DNA of 64,000 bases from the IMG/VR virus record IMGVR_UViG_3300005529_000001, positions 248,001-312,000 of that record; one strand, 5' to 3'. The position numbers and the translations under genes are program-made. Under the pieces are notes generated by a model. It saw only the letters and a list, made by a program, of their open reading frames with translations. It did not search any database and was not told the DNA's origin. Positions 9,848 through 18,570 of the stretch are shown piece after piece. Position 1 is the first letter of the stretch, and every line of letters begins with the position of its first letter.

Positions 9848-11286
9848 GACCAGTTCCCCGGGTTGTAGCGGCTCGCCAGGTACTGGAAGAGCCAGGAGAG
9901 CTCGACCTGCGACAGCGGCCTGTTGAAGAACATGATCTCAGCGATCTTTCCATTGAGGGTGATGGTGCCTGTTCCCGTGCCTCCCAGCGACTCGACGCCC
10001 GACGGGCTCGTTGCGCCCGCGGAACCCGCCCCGACTGAACCGCTGCTGTTGTTGATGTAGAGGGCTGAGCTGGCGACGTTGAAGACCGCTGCCATGCACA
10101 GGCTACGGCCGTTGGCGTTTGCGTAGGGTCCCAAGGCGCTGACGTTGCTGCCGGCGAACATCGCCCAAGTGGCGCCAGTCCAGTAGGGCCCAGTGACGTT
10201 GTTGACCGAGTCGCCAAAGAATTGCTGCTGTGTCGCTCCGCTGGTTGACTCACCGACGACAACGCAGGTCATCGGTTGCGACGGCATGATTTTCTGCAGC
10301 GCCAGCGATTGGGTGCTGGCTTTGGTGAACTGGACGGTGGGCTGGCCGTTGTAGCCCGGGTCGCTCGGGACCAGGACGGGCCTGTTGGCCAGGGTGCCCT
10401 GGCTGGCGTTGTTGCCGTTGCCGCTGATGTCCGACCACGATTGGACGTTGCCTGCGTTGTCGAGCGAGACACCTTGGTCAGCACGCCACCAGCCGACCAG
10501 CCCATTCATCTGCGTCGGTTGGAAGCCCACACCTCGTGATCCACCCCCCACATTGTAGCGGGTCATCAGGTAACGGGTGACCAGGGCAGCTTGGGCATCG
10601 CTGAGCACGTTGGTATAAGAAATGGCCTCGAACATGTCGCCTGCAAAGAACAACGAACCCCCGTTACGGCTGCCGATGACAGTGCCTCCGTTGCCGTTGT
10701 TGGGCGGGAAGTTATTGTAGGGAGCTTGGTGCTGTTGGCCGTTGACCAGCAGGTTCCATGTTCCACCTGGTGTTTCGGTGACTTGCCAGATCTCGGTATT
10801 GGTGCTGATGTCGTCGAAGATGGGAAAGCTGCTGACGCTGGCGATGTTGACATTGCGCTTGCCACCCGTGATCGGATTGAAACCGATCTCGAGGCCGCCT
10901 GACCCGCCCGATGGGTTGTCACGGGTCGACAGGAAGAAAGAGAAGTTTCCAGGCGTTAGCGTCGAGTACCTGATAGCGAAGAAGTAGGTGCAGTTGGTGG
11001 TCGTCAGGTTGACTGATGATGTTAGGTTTTGTGTAGATCCATTGAATGACAGTTTGGGGATGTTGGGTAACCCGTTGACGCCGCTTGAACCGGTGTACTG
11101 CGGTGGTGACAGGGCATTTGATGGGGTGAAGATCGATCCGTTGGGCGACTGGTCGACCCACTGGGAGACGAAGCTGCCGCTGAGGGTCACGCCCAGGTCA
11201 GAGCGCAACCACAGCTGGCAGCCCGCGATGCTAAGCGGGTTGAAAGCAGCGGCCGAGAACCTCAGACCTGTTCCGGGACCGGGCAC
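9844..11286 (-). CDS. Two-domain LamG/ConA-like lectin virion protein
   Basis: Two repeats of LWLRSD/WWRAD..V.QW.D.S.NG ... G.(M/I).E...(Y/F)N..LS. Confidence 0.75.
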   Translation of the reverse strand: MPGPGTGLRFSAAAFNPLSIAGCQLWLRSDLGVTLSGSFVSQWVDQSPNGSIFTPSNALSPPQYTGSSGVNGLPNIPKLSFNGSTQNLTSSVNLTTTNCTYFFAIRYSTLTPGNFSFFLSTRDNPSGGSGGLEIGFNPITGGKRNVNIASVSSFPIFDDISTNTEIWQVTETPGGTWNLLVNGQQHQAPYNNFPPNNGNGGTVIGSRNGGSLFFAGDMFEAISYTNVLSDAQAALVTRYLMTRYNVGGGSRGVGFQPTQMNGLVGWWRADQGVSLDNAGNVQSWSDISGNGNNASQGTLANRPVLVPSDPGYNGQPTVQFTKASTQSLALQKIMPSQPMTCVVVGESTSGATQQQFFGDSVNNVTGPYWTGATWAMFAGSNVSALGPYANANGRSLCMAAVFNVASSALYINNSSGSVGAGSAGATSPSGVESLGGTGTGTITLNGKIAEIMFFNRPLSQVELSWLFQYLASRYNPGNWS

Positions 11287-11295
11287 TGGGTCACC

Positions 11296-12291
11296 TCACT
11301 TCCACATGAACGCGGAGTCGAATGGAGCCGTCGCTGCGACGCCATAGTTGGCTGCCGCGGTGTAAGTGCCCGGGGTCGATGAGAAGCTGGCGGCAATGCC
11401 CGTCGAGAAGAACGCTCCCCAGGGAGCAAAGTCGACGATGGGTTCTGAAGCGCAGGTCTGAGTGCCCGATACGCTGGTCGGCACCACGATCCACGAGAAC
11501 AGCGGGACAGCGCCTGCTGCTGGTGTCGTCGTGCTGTTGAAGAGTTGCAGGTAGACGCTGCCGCTGCTGCGGTTGGTCGCCCAAACCCTGTACATGACGC
11601 CGGGAGAGCCCTTGATCACTGTCGGGGTGCCACCGCCCGGCATGATGTTGAGGCTGCCCGAGAACGTCGGCGTGTAGATCGATGCGGTGGTGGGCAGCAA
11701 CGCAGTTGCAAAGACACCGTTGAAGTTGTCCTCAGCAACGGGAGCAAACTGCTCTCTCATCGCCACGTTACCCTGGAAGTCTGACTTGAGGGGAGTGATC
11801 TGACCGTTAGAAGCCGAGAGAGAGCCGGTCAGAGACACCGACCAACCGATGGTGTCCTGGATGTTTGCGGGCGCCGTGAGCGGAGCCAGCGGGCTCGGGA
11901 GCCCGGTATAGAGGTTGGTGACACCCACAGAACCAGTGACGAACACCGGGATCGCTGCAGACGAAGAGACACCCACCGGGCCAGTCGAGAACACCGGGAG
12001 CTGGACAGACGCGCTCACTCCAACGTTGCCCTCAGACCAGATCTGGATCGGAACACCGCCCACGACACCCTGCACGGGAAGGGTCGCCGATGCGGTGACA
12101 CCCAAAGGATTGGACGTGGTGACCAGCATCGCGCCGCCGCTCGATGACAGGTACTCGACAAGGCCCGTGCGAGCGTTGTAAGCAGCTTGCAGCTGGCCGA
12201 TCGCCCCAGTGGGCAAAGCCATGCTGCCTGAAACGCCAACGACGTTTCCGTTGATGTCGAACAATATTGTCGTCGGGTTGTTGATGATCAT
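11296..12291 (-). CDS. Putative fibre/virion structural protein
   Basis: Ser/Gly/Thr-rich; short PV(F/Q)xxGxVGV beta-repeats; in the fibre operon. Confidence 0.5.
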   Translation of the reverse strand: MIINNPTTILFDINGNVVGVSGSMALPTGAIGQLQAAYNARTGLVEYLSSSGGAMLVTTSNPLGVTASATLPVQGVVGGVPIQIWSEGNVGVSASVQLPVFSTGPVGVSSSAAIPVFVTGSVGVTNLYTGLPSPLAPLTAPANIQDTIGWSVSLTGSLSASNGQITPLKSDFQGNVAMREQFAPVAEDNFNGVFATALLPTTASIYTPTFSGSLNIMPGGGTPTVIKGSPGVMYRVWATNRSSGSVYLQLFNSTTTPAAGAVPLFSWIVVPTSVSGTQTCASEPIVDFAPWGAFFSTGIAASFSSTPGTYTAAANYGVAATAPFDSAFMWK

Positions 12292-13139
12292 GGCGTCGTC
12301 CTTGTCCTCGACGTCTCAAAGACGCCGTTGTAGACAAAACTATCTGTGAATGAATCAGCCACGGTCACCCCGTCAGACTGGTAGACTGTCCAGCTGCTGG
12401 AGATTATAAGCTGCTTCGAATTCCGTGTGACTATGTTTGTTAGGAACTTCTTGGCCCGCGTGGAGTCTGTCCACCAGATGCTCGCCGTCGGGAAAGGCCA
12501 GGGTCCCGTGTCACGGACAGCGCCCGACGTCCAGAGCTGGCCCCTGGGCCCGTCCTCGTTGGCTAGGTGAACGAGCTGCAGCAACAGTTCATGTTGCGTG
12601 GGAGTCATCGATCCCGTTGGAACGCTGAGAGCGACGCTGATCGTGGTGCCCGGGCCGTTGTCGGTAACGGTGATGCCGTTGGTCCCCGACAGCACCCGGA
12701 AGTTCGGGTTTTCGGCGTCGGGTTGTGCGAGGACGTATGACGCAAACTTGTCGTCTCCCGCGCTGGAGCTGATGGTCACTTGGCCTGACGAGTTTGTCGA
12801 GACCAGGATGCCACCTATGCCTATGAACGCAGCGAGCGGGATCGACGAGCCCTTGGGAGTGAACTGTGTCAACGATCCCGAGAGGGCCGCGGCAGAGATC
12901 GTTCCCGAGGCTGTGATGAACGACATGTCATAGATGCCGTGGCCGCCCCAGTCGATGTCTGAAGTGATCGTGAGTGAACCGCTGCTCATGTTCAGCGGAG
13001 CGCCCTTGCCCGGGCTGTGATCGTGAGCATCGACAACCGCCAGGGCACCCGTCAGCAGCGGGCCCCAGGCCGAGCCGGCGTTACCGCCTGGGGTCACCCC
13101 CACGACGGGGAGCGACATCGACATAAAGGGGGTGGACAT
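12288..13139 (-). CDS. Putative tail fibre protein (anchor-type N-terminus)
   Basis: TP.M.M.LP....WG..L......DAHDH fibre-like N-terminus; GTNGITVT spiral-type repeats; first gene of the lectin operon. Confidence 0.5.
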   Translation of the reverse strand: MSTPFMSMSLPVVGVTPGGNAGSAWGPLLTGALAVVDAHDHSPGKGAPLNMSSGSLTITSDIDWGGHGIYDMSFITASGTISAAALSGSLTQFTPKGSSIPLAAFIGIGGILVSTNSSGQVTISSSAGDDKFASYVLAQPDAENPNFRVLSGTNGITVTDNGPGTTISVALSVPTGSMTPTQHELLLQLVHLANEDGPRGQLWTSGAVRDTGPWPFPTASIWWTDSTRAKKFLTNIVTRNSKQLIISSSWTVYQSDGVTVADSFTDSFVYNGVFETSRTRTTP

Positions 13140-13196
13140 CGTGTGGCTAAATAGGCGGCTGGAGATCGATGAACCACCCTCAGCGGTTCTCTCTCA

Positions 13197-13466
13197 TCAC
13201 CGCGCCAACAACGTGCCGATCAGCTTCTTCAGCTCACGAACGGACATTGACACCATGCGCTCGTCACGGCCATCATCAACGATGGGGCCCTTCAGTGTCG
13301 TCGGGTCATCGTCTGTGATGAGTTGCTGGCCCTGGCGATCGGGATCGTCATCTGACGCGCCTGCCACTTTCATCATCCCGCTCCTCGCAGCGGGCGGCTG
13401 GAATGCACCGCCAGAAAACCTATCAGCTTCCGCTGTCAGGGCTCTCTGGGTTTTTCTGGTGGCCAT
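13197..13466 (-). CDS. Hypothetical protein (possible head-internal protein)
   Basis: GGAGGT SD; C-terminal MSVRELKKLI amphipathic motif. Confidence 0.55.
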   Translation of the reverse strand: MATRKTQRALTAEADRFSGGAFQPPAARSGMMKVAGASDDDPDRQGQQLITDDDPTTLKGPIVDDGRDERMVSMSVRELKKLIGTLLAR

Positions 13467-13743
13467 CTAGCACCTCCGAGATGGGCTGGGGGACCCGCTC
13501 TCGGCAGTAACTAGGCACGTGGCCCTTGACGATGCTCAGGATGTCTCGAGAAGAGACGAGGGTGCACCGTCCGGTGATCTCGGCGATCCTTCGCTTTGGG
13601 ATGTCATAGTGAGGAAACGCTGACGAAGCGTGGAACCAGCAGCGCTTGATGCCCAGGTCACGAGCCATCTCGTGAAGGTTCTCTACCGAATACGGAAGAC
13701 AGACCAGGTGCCTGGCGTTGTCGCAGACGTACCTGAGGTCCAT
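13423..13743 (-). CDS. DUF4031-family protein
   Basis: HL....ENLHEMARDLGIKRCWFH....PHYDI motif. Confidence 0.7.
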   Translation of the reverse strand: MDLRYVCDNARHLVCLPYSVENLHEMARDLGIKRCWFHASSAFPHYDIPKRRIAEITGRCTLVSSRDILSIVKGHVPSYCRERVPQPISEVLDGHQKNPESPDSGS

Positions 13744-13762
13744 GTCATAATTCGTTGTTGTT

Positions 13763-14308
13763 TTACTCGGGCTTGTGTGTGGTAGGGAGCAGGTCCTTGC
13801 CCAACGAAGCCACGGCCTCAGCTAGCTCCCGGTTGGCAGCTTCGACATCGATGTAAGCCTTGATGACCCGTTGCAGCGGTGCGGGCATCGTGTCAAAAGA
13901 GATGAACTTCTCGTCGTACTTTAGCGGTTCACGCATCCGATTGATCATCTGCAAAACGATATCACGAGACTTGTCAAGGTCCTCGCGGAGCTCCGCGTTC
14001 TCTTTGGCACGGCGTTGGAGGTCTCGTTCGCGAGCCGCTTCTAACACTTCCGCAGTTGGATGTAACGGGTTCGTCGTCATCCTGACTGCTTCGTCGATCA
14101 AGCGTTGGGACACCATGATGCCAGGCACCATCTCAACCTGCTCATCAAGCAGCTTGCGTGAGGTCACTGGGATCGTCATGCCAGGACCTGGTTCCACCGC
14201 GTTAAGGTCATCAACTGTCGCGACGCCAGTCAAGATCTCGTTTAAAGCCTTTCGGTCATGGATGATCGGGTTTCCCTCAGGACCCGTCTCGATCTGGTCA
14301 TCGTTCAT
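13763..14308 (-). CDS. Hypothetical coiled-coil protein
   Basis: 181 aa ORF, ATGA overlap with the upstream gene. Confidence 0.6.
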   Translation of the reverse strand: MNDDQIETGPEGNPIIHDRKALNEILTGVATVDDLNAVEPGPGMTIPVTSRKLLDEQVEMVPGIMVSQRLIDEAVRMTTNPLHPTAEVLEAARERDLQRRAKENAELREDLDKSRDIVLQMINRMREPLKYDEKFISFDTMPAPLQRVIKAYIDVEAANRELAEAVASLGKDLLPTTHKPE

Positions 14309-14997
14309 GGAGTTGCCTCTTCATACTTGGGCGGGATCGTTGCCCACAACAACCGGAGCCATTTTACTGCACCCGCACGACCTGGGTGTACCCCGTCTTC
14401 CAACGGGATGCCAGCAGCTTCGGTGTCAAAATACAAGCACTGTTGGGTGACAGCATCGCGAAGCAGCTCGTTGACGTCCCAGCTCTTGCCTGACACCGAA
14501 GTGTTGCCGACCCAGACACAGTTCGTGTTTTTCAACAGGTCGGTCACGGCCTTGACATCAGACAACGTCAACTGTCCCGGTTTGGTCGCTTTCTTTGGGA
14601 TCTCTCTCACCCAGTAATGGTTGGTGCCCAGAAAGACCAGCACGTCATCGGGATTGGGATGACGAGATAAGGCCAGTTTGAGGTTGCCGCCTATTCCCCA
14701 GTATTGGACGGTCGTGGAACCCATGCAATCGACGTCAACGACGTCACGTGGTTGGCCGCTCTCGTCGTTAAGCTCTCGGACCGTCTCCTTGACGTAGTAG
14801 CCAACCCTGCATGCCTCGCTGTCACCGACGATCAGGACGTGCCTCGACAGCGGCCTCCGAGAGATGACCGGGACTGAGACCATGGTCTCCTCAGCATCAT
14901 CCTTCACGCCAGCATCAGCTCGGACAGAGCTCACGGTCAGGCTTGCATTGATGTTGCACGACAGCAAGCACGCGATGAAGGGAAGGGCGAATCGCAC
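14305..14997 (-). CDS. SGNH/GDSL hydrolase, predicted lipoprotein
   Basis: VLIVGDS (block I), LGTN (block III), DGVHP (block V); signal peptide ending in the lipobox-like LLSC. Confidence 0.8.
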   Translation of the reverse strand: MRFALPFIACLLSCNINASLTVSSVRADAGVKDDAEETMVSVPVISRRPLSRHVLIVGDSEACRVGYYVKETVRELNDESGQPRDVVDVDCMGSTTVQYWGIGGNLKLALSRHPNPDDVLVFLGTNHYWVREIPKKATKPGQLTLSDVKAVTDLLKNTNCVWVGNTSVSGKSWDVNELLRDAVTQQCLYFDTEAAGIPLEDGVHPGRAGAVKWLRLLWATIPPKYEEATP

Positions 14998-14998
14998 G

Positions 14999-15607
14999 TC
15001 AGCTCGTCTTGCGCATCAGCAGCACGGGCTCTCCCGTGATGGGTTGGGCCTTCTGCCACTCTGGGTGCTCAGCCAGCCATTCATCGATGGCAGGCTTGAC
15101 GCCGTGCTTGTCAGTGTCCACGGGCTTGGTCGCGTGAGCGTTGCCCTCGTAGCCCTCGCGTTGGGCATACCAGAGGTCACGGTCGCTCCACCTGCCATCA
15201 TAGTCGTCACAGATGACGATGCCATTGGGCTTGATCAGCTTGCCCACGAGCTCCATCTCTTGCTTGACGGTATGATAGTTGTGATCGCCATCGAGCAACA
15301 AGACATCGAACTGCAGGCCTTGTTCAACCATGACGGGCAACACTTCGAGAGAGTTCTTCTCAAGCAAGTAAGCGTTCTGGCTCGGCTGGCGGTCGATGTT
15401 CTGCAACATCAGTTGCACCTGTTCCTGGACCAGGATGTCAACGCCGATAGCGGTGAAAGCGGGGCGGGTACGGGCCAAGAAGACGACCAACGACAGGAAC
15501 GTCACGCCCCTGTCAACGCCGATCTCCAAGAGAGCGGGTGACACGCTGGGGGCGACCTGCTGGTGCAAGTACTGTTTGACGAGCGGGATGTAGCCATGGT
15601 ATGACAT
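14999..15607 (-). CDS. Class I SAM-dependent methyltransferase (Methyltransf_24-like)
   Basis: LLEIGVDRG, GVD, FDVLLLDGDHNY, PNGIVICDDY motifs. Confidence 0.85.
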   Translation of the reverse strand: MSYHGYIPLVKQYLHQQVAPSVSPALLEIGVDRGVTFLSLVVFLARTRPAFTAIGVDILVQEQVQLMLQNIDRQPSQNAYLLEKNSLEVLPVMVEQGLQFDVLLLDGDHNYHTVKQEMELVGKLIKPNGIVICDDYDGRWSDRDLWYAQREGYEGNAHATKPVDTDKHGVKPAIDEWLAEHPEWQKAQPITGEPVLLMRKTS

Positions 15608-15849
15608 CAGTCCCTCTTACCCCTGTTCAAGAGCAAATTGAGGAAACCCTTGACGTTGGCTGCCAACGAGGTCCCTGCCGTTGCCGTTGTGTCGAGCTTG
15701 CCCAGCGAAGCACCGCACAGCTCGATGGGCGCGACGGTCGAGATCGAGACCGTCCCATCAGCACGGATTGTTATCGTCCCGTCTTCGTTCGTCAACGTGA
15801 GGTCGCCGTTCGGGTCGGCGGCGAGCTGGACTGAGGTCCTGTGGTTCAT
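15607..15849 (-). CDS. Hypothetical small beta-rich protein
   Basis: Tightly packed in the operon; GTITIRADGTVSI repeats. Confidence 0.5.
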   Translation of the reverse strand: MNHRTSVQLAADPNGDLTLTNEDGTITIRADGTVSISTVAPIELCGASLGKLDTTATAGTSLAANVKGFLNLLLNRGKRD

Positions 15850-16082
15850 CCAGCAGTTATTAAGGCCTGGACTGCTAGTTCTACACGGCGACGGAGCTCG
15901 TCGGGGAGCGCGCTGAGCAACACGTATGTCTCAACCTTCATGTTGCCGACGGGCACGCCGTCAGCGATCGAGTTCTGGTTGACGACCCCGACTCGCATCG
16001 CGAGAGGCGCGGGGCCCCTGCTGGCGATCATCGGCTGGTACAGGTCAACTCTTTGGGCGGGGGTCGGTCGGGGGTTTTCCAC
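15846..16082 (-). CDS. Hypothetical protein
   Basis: Overlapping operon packing. Confidence 0.45.
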   Translation of the reverse strand: MENPRPTPAQRVDLYQPMIASRGPAPLAMRVGVVNQNSIADGVPVGNMKVETYVLLSALPDELRRRVELAVQALITAG

Positions 16083-16266
16083 GGTTTTTCTCCAGTTCCT
16101 CCCGCTTTCCGGGGGGTGCTATCTTTATCAGCTCGTCAAGCTCAGCTTGCAACGGCTTGGGGTCATTGCCGATCGCAGCGTGTGCCATCACCCGTTCTAG
16201 GAACTTGGCGAACACGATGTTCCATTCAGCATCGGACAACGTCTTAGGCTGCTGCTTTGCCATCAT
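16045..16266 (-). CDS. Hypothetical protein
   Basis: ATGA coupling with the upstream 59 aa ORF. Confidence 0.5.
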   Translation of the reverse strand: MMAKQQPKTLSDAEWNIVFAKFLERVMAHAAIGNDPKPLQAELDELIKIAPPGKREELEKNRGKPPTDPRPKS

Positions 16267-16442
16267 CCCTTGAGAATTTGCCTGCCCTCGGTCAGGGCTT
16301 CGTTGGCTTGCGTGAGCTCCTTGCGGCGAGCGACAAGCTGCTCGCGGAGCGTGACAACGTTGCGAGACCCAGACGGCTCAGAAGCGATCTTGGTCTCGAG
16401 CTCACTGATCTCGGTGAGCAGCTGTTCAGTACGTGCTGACAT
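16263..16442 (-). CDS. Hypothetical 59 aa coiled-coil protein (below the ORF-track cutoff)
   Basis: Manual translation MSARTEQLLTEISELETKIASEPSGSRNVVTLREQLVARRKELTQANEALTEGRQILKG*; TAGGAT 6 nt upstream; stop overlaps the next ATG. Confidence 0.6.
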   Translation of the reverse strand: MSARTEQLLTEISELETKIASEPSGSRNVVTLREQLVARRKELTQANEALTEGRQILKG

Positions 16443-16508
16443 GAGAGAATCCTACCTTATCGTGAGGTAGGTATCCACCCACGCACAAAAACATCACACG
16501 TGGGCCCC

Positions 16509-16832
16509 TCAGGGCAGGAAAACCACCACCGAGACTGAGTCGGTGAGGTTGTGCAGCTGGCTCATCAGCCTGTTGTGCTCCCAAGCGTGCGGCTCTTCGC
16601 TCATGCAACCAAAATAGAGGAGGTTCCTGGCGGGAGTGTCGTGCTTGTCGTTAAAGCTGTCAGCGAAGTTGGCCAACACCAAGCACGTCATGTCATCGTC
16701 GATGCCGAAGCGGACGACCATCCCAGGCTCGACCTCGCCCACTGGGATGCGAGGCTCGCCAACGCCGTTGGCCCCGACGACGTGGAACCTACTCGGCAGC
16801 CCAGCTCTTCCGGACAAAGCCGCTGACGACAT
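16509..16832 (-). CDS. Hypothetical protein (start uncertain)
   Basis: Codirectional ORF filling the gap. Confidence 0.4.
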   Translation of the reverse strand: MSSAALSGRAGLPSRFHVVGANGVGEPRIPVGEVEPGMVVRFGIDDDMTCLVLANFADSFNDKHDTPARNLLYFGCMSEEPHAWEHNRLMSQLHNLTDSVSVVVFLP

Positions 16833-17046
16833 CGACCATCACCTTGGGACCCGTGTTGAGCACCACGCCCGTCCTGGGAACCCCATCATGCTTGTTGACT
16901 TGCAACGAGAAACCCGCGGACTTTGTCACCACAAAGGCCTGCGCCAGCAACATCCCGTTCACTTCTTGTGCAACCCGCATCGCAAGCGCACGTCCGTCGA
17001 GGCGGCTGCCGTTTGGGCGCCTGCGCTCTGTCCTATCGTTCTTCAT
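16789..17046 (-). CDS. Hypothetical protein
   Basis: ATG 17046 with GGAG SD just downstream of the tmRNA. Confidence 0.5.
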   Translation of the reverse strand: MKNDRTERRRPNGSRLDGRALAMRVAQEVNGMLLAQAFVVTKSAGFSLQVNKHDGVPRTGVVLNTGPKVMVDVVSGFVRKSWAAE

Positions 17047-17087
17047 GTGTCCATCTCCGTGCGATGCATCTGATCGCAACTGGGATC

Positions 17088-17457
17088 GGTGGAAGCGCCG
17101 GGAATCGAACCCGGGTCCGCAACTGCTAACCGTCTACGTCTACATGCTTGTCCCTTCTGGGTGTTCATCCTCGGGCGGGACTATCCGGTGGAACTTTTAC
17201 GACCAACACCGTCACGGTCGGCACTACGTTTTACGCCCAGCGCTTTGGCGTTTTTGCATCCAGGTAGCTGGGTGCGCCCCCACGCATTCTGTTGCTAGGC
17301 CGCGTGGTGCCCCAGACGATCAGGCCGCGAGGCGGACGTCGTCAGCGAAGCCGTTGTCGTTGGCGTTCATTCGTCACTGAGGTTTTTAGACCGGACCTTG
17401 GTGCCACCGGTGCATGCAGCAAACAGTCTCACGATCACGTCGAAACCTGTCGCCCCC
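17088..17457 (-). ncRNA. ssrA: tmRNA (transfer-messenger RNA), tag peptide (A)ANDNGFADDVRLAA
   Basis: 5' GGGGGCGACAGGTTTCGAC; 3' T-arm CCGGG-TTCGATT-CCCGG then CGCTTCC-A-CC; acceptor stem with G3.U70; helix 2 pairing GACTGTTTGC/GTAGACGGTT and TGCATG/CATGTA; tag ORF at 17364..17320; 370 nt. Confidence 0.95.
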
Positions 17458-17551
17458 AAATCATTGGGTGTGCTTGCTAGTGCTGGGTTGTCAATGAACA
17501 ACGGTTGTTACAACCGTCAAGACTGTATCTACCCCACCCAGGGACCGTTTT

Positions 17552-17965
17552 TCACCGCTTGTTGCCGCGGAACTTCCGGCTTGATGGTGCCGGGCCCTTT
17601 CGGGGATAGTTGTCGGGCAACATGTCAGTGTCTTCGGCAGACATGATGACAGGAATCGTTTCACGGTTGTCTTCGACAACTTGATCACCCGGTCCCTTGA
17701 GCTTGGCCGAGGTCTCAACATCGTGTTGGCCAAGCTTGCGTCGCTGGCCCTCAAGCCAGGAGTCAAGCGGGTCAACCATCTTGTTTCCCAAGCTAGCGAC
17801 AACGATCGACTTGACCCGGTTGTAGATCTGGCGAAGCTGCTCGTCAGTCGTCGCCCGCGGGTCACCCTCTATGTACTCTTTCTCAAATGGATGCTGGATC
17901 TCATACCTCTCGTAGAGGACGTTGTAGAGAGCCAACAGCTCCTTGGCATTGATGTTCAGCTTCAT
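17552..17965 (-). CDS. Hypothetical protein
   Basis: Likely start MKLNINAKELL at 17965, ATGA-coupled to the upstream ORF. Confidence 0.55.
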   Translation of the reverse strand: MKLNINAKELLALYNVLYERYEIQHPFEKEYIEGDPRATTDEQLRQIYNRVKSIVVASLGNKMVDPLDSWLEGQRRKLGQHDVETSAKLKGPGDQVVEDNRETIPVIMSAEDTDMLPDNYPRKGPAPSSRKFRGNKR

Positions 17966-18147
17966 GTCTCTTCTGCTTCTTGTTTCGCCTTGATGGCAGC
18001 CTCGAGCTTGGCTTGTTTCTCCGCTGCGAGTGCAGCCGGGAGCCGACGACGCCAGGTCGCAGCCTTCTCCTTGGACCGTGCGTTGAACCGCGTACGTTTT
18101 GCCTGCAACCGTCGGCGCTGGACAGACGTTGTTGTGGGTTTTCTCAT
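17962..18147 (-). CDS. Small basic (Arg/Lys/Ala-rich) protein
   Basis: GGGAG SD; 61 aa, strongly basic helix. Confidence 0.55.
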   Translation of the reverse strand: MRKPTTTSVQRRRLQAKRTRFNARSKEKAATWRRRLPAALAAEKQAKLEAAIKAKQEAEET

Positions 18148-18166
18148 GTCGGCTCCCGGACACTCT

Positions 18167-18466
18167 TCAGAACGCAGGTGACAGCGAGGGCGTCTCGGTG
18201 TTCTGGAAGTGCCGGCTCAGGGCGATGAACAGCGTCCTGGCTTCACGCCCGCTGAGGCGCAGCGTCTCGCCCTTGCGGAACCCACGCTCGCGGCCGTCAC
18301 GGTCAAAGAAGACCTGCGTCTTCCCCGTGACAGGGTTCGTTGAGACTGCGATGTCAAACTCGCCATCGTCCCGGCGAGCCGTCTCGGTCCGGATCTTCCC
18401 GGTGCGGTCAACGCGGGTGATGATGTGAGCGTTCTTGTTGGTGTCAGGATTCCTCTTCTTGCCCAT
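18167..18466 (-). CDS. Hypothetical protein
   Basis: GGAG SD before ATG 18466; sigma70-like promoter upstream (TTGTAC...TGT-TAGATT, about 18517-18547). Confidence 0.6.
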   Translation of the reverse strand: MGKKRNPDTNKNAHIITRVDRTGKIRTETARRDDGEFDIAVSTNPVTGKTQVFFDRDGRERGFRKGETLRLSGREARTLFIALSRHFQNTETPSLSPAF

Positions 18467-18570
18467 GATCTGTGTCTCCAAGTCAGCGACGGCCGTCTCA
18501 GGCCGCCAACCAGCTCAATCTAACACAGATGCGCAGAATGTGTACAACCGTTCGGTCGCTTACCGTGGCA

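Noticed and set aside
9081-10262. 393 aa alternative-frame ORF overlapping the lectin genes
   Set aside because: Arg/Pro/His-rich off-frame read typical of high-GC coding DNA; the other frame has clear domain motifs.
7618-11286. Diversity-generating retroelement targeting the lectin genes
   Set aside because: No reverse transcriptase in the window and no long near-identical repeat pair differing only at adenines. Similarity is limited to short domain ends.
17088-17125. Apparent tRNA 3' half, or an attachment site marking a prophage boundary
   Set aside because: It is the 3' end of a full tmRNA whose 5' end is at 17457. Phage genes continue on both sides, with no integrase or duplicated fragment seen.
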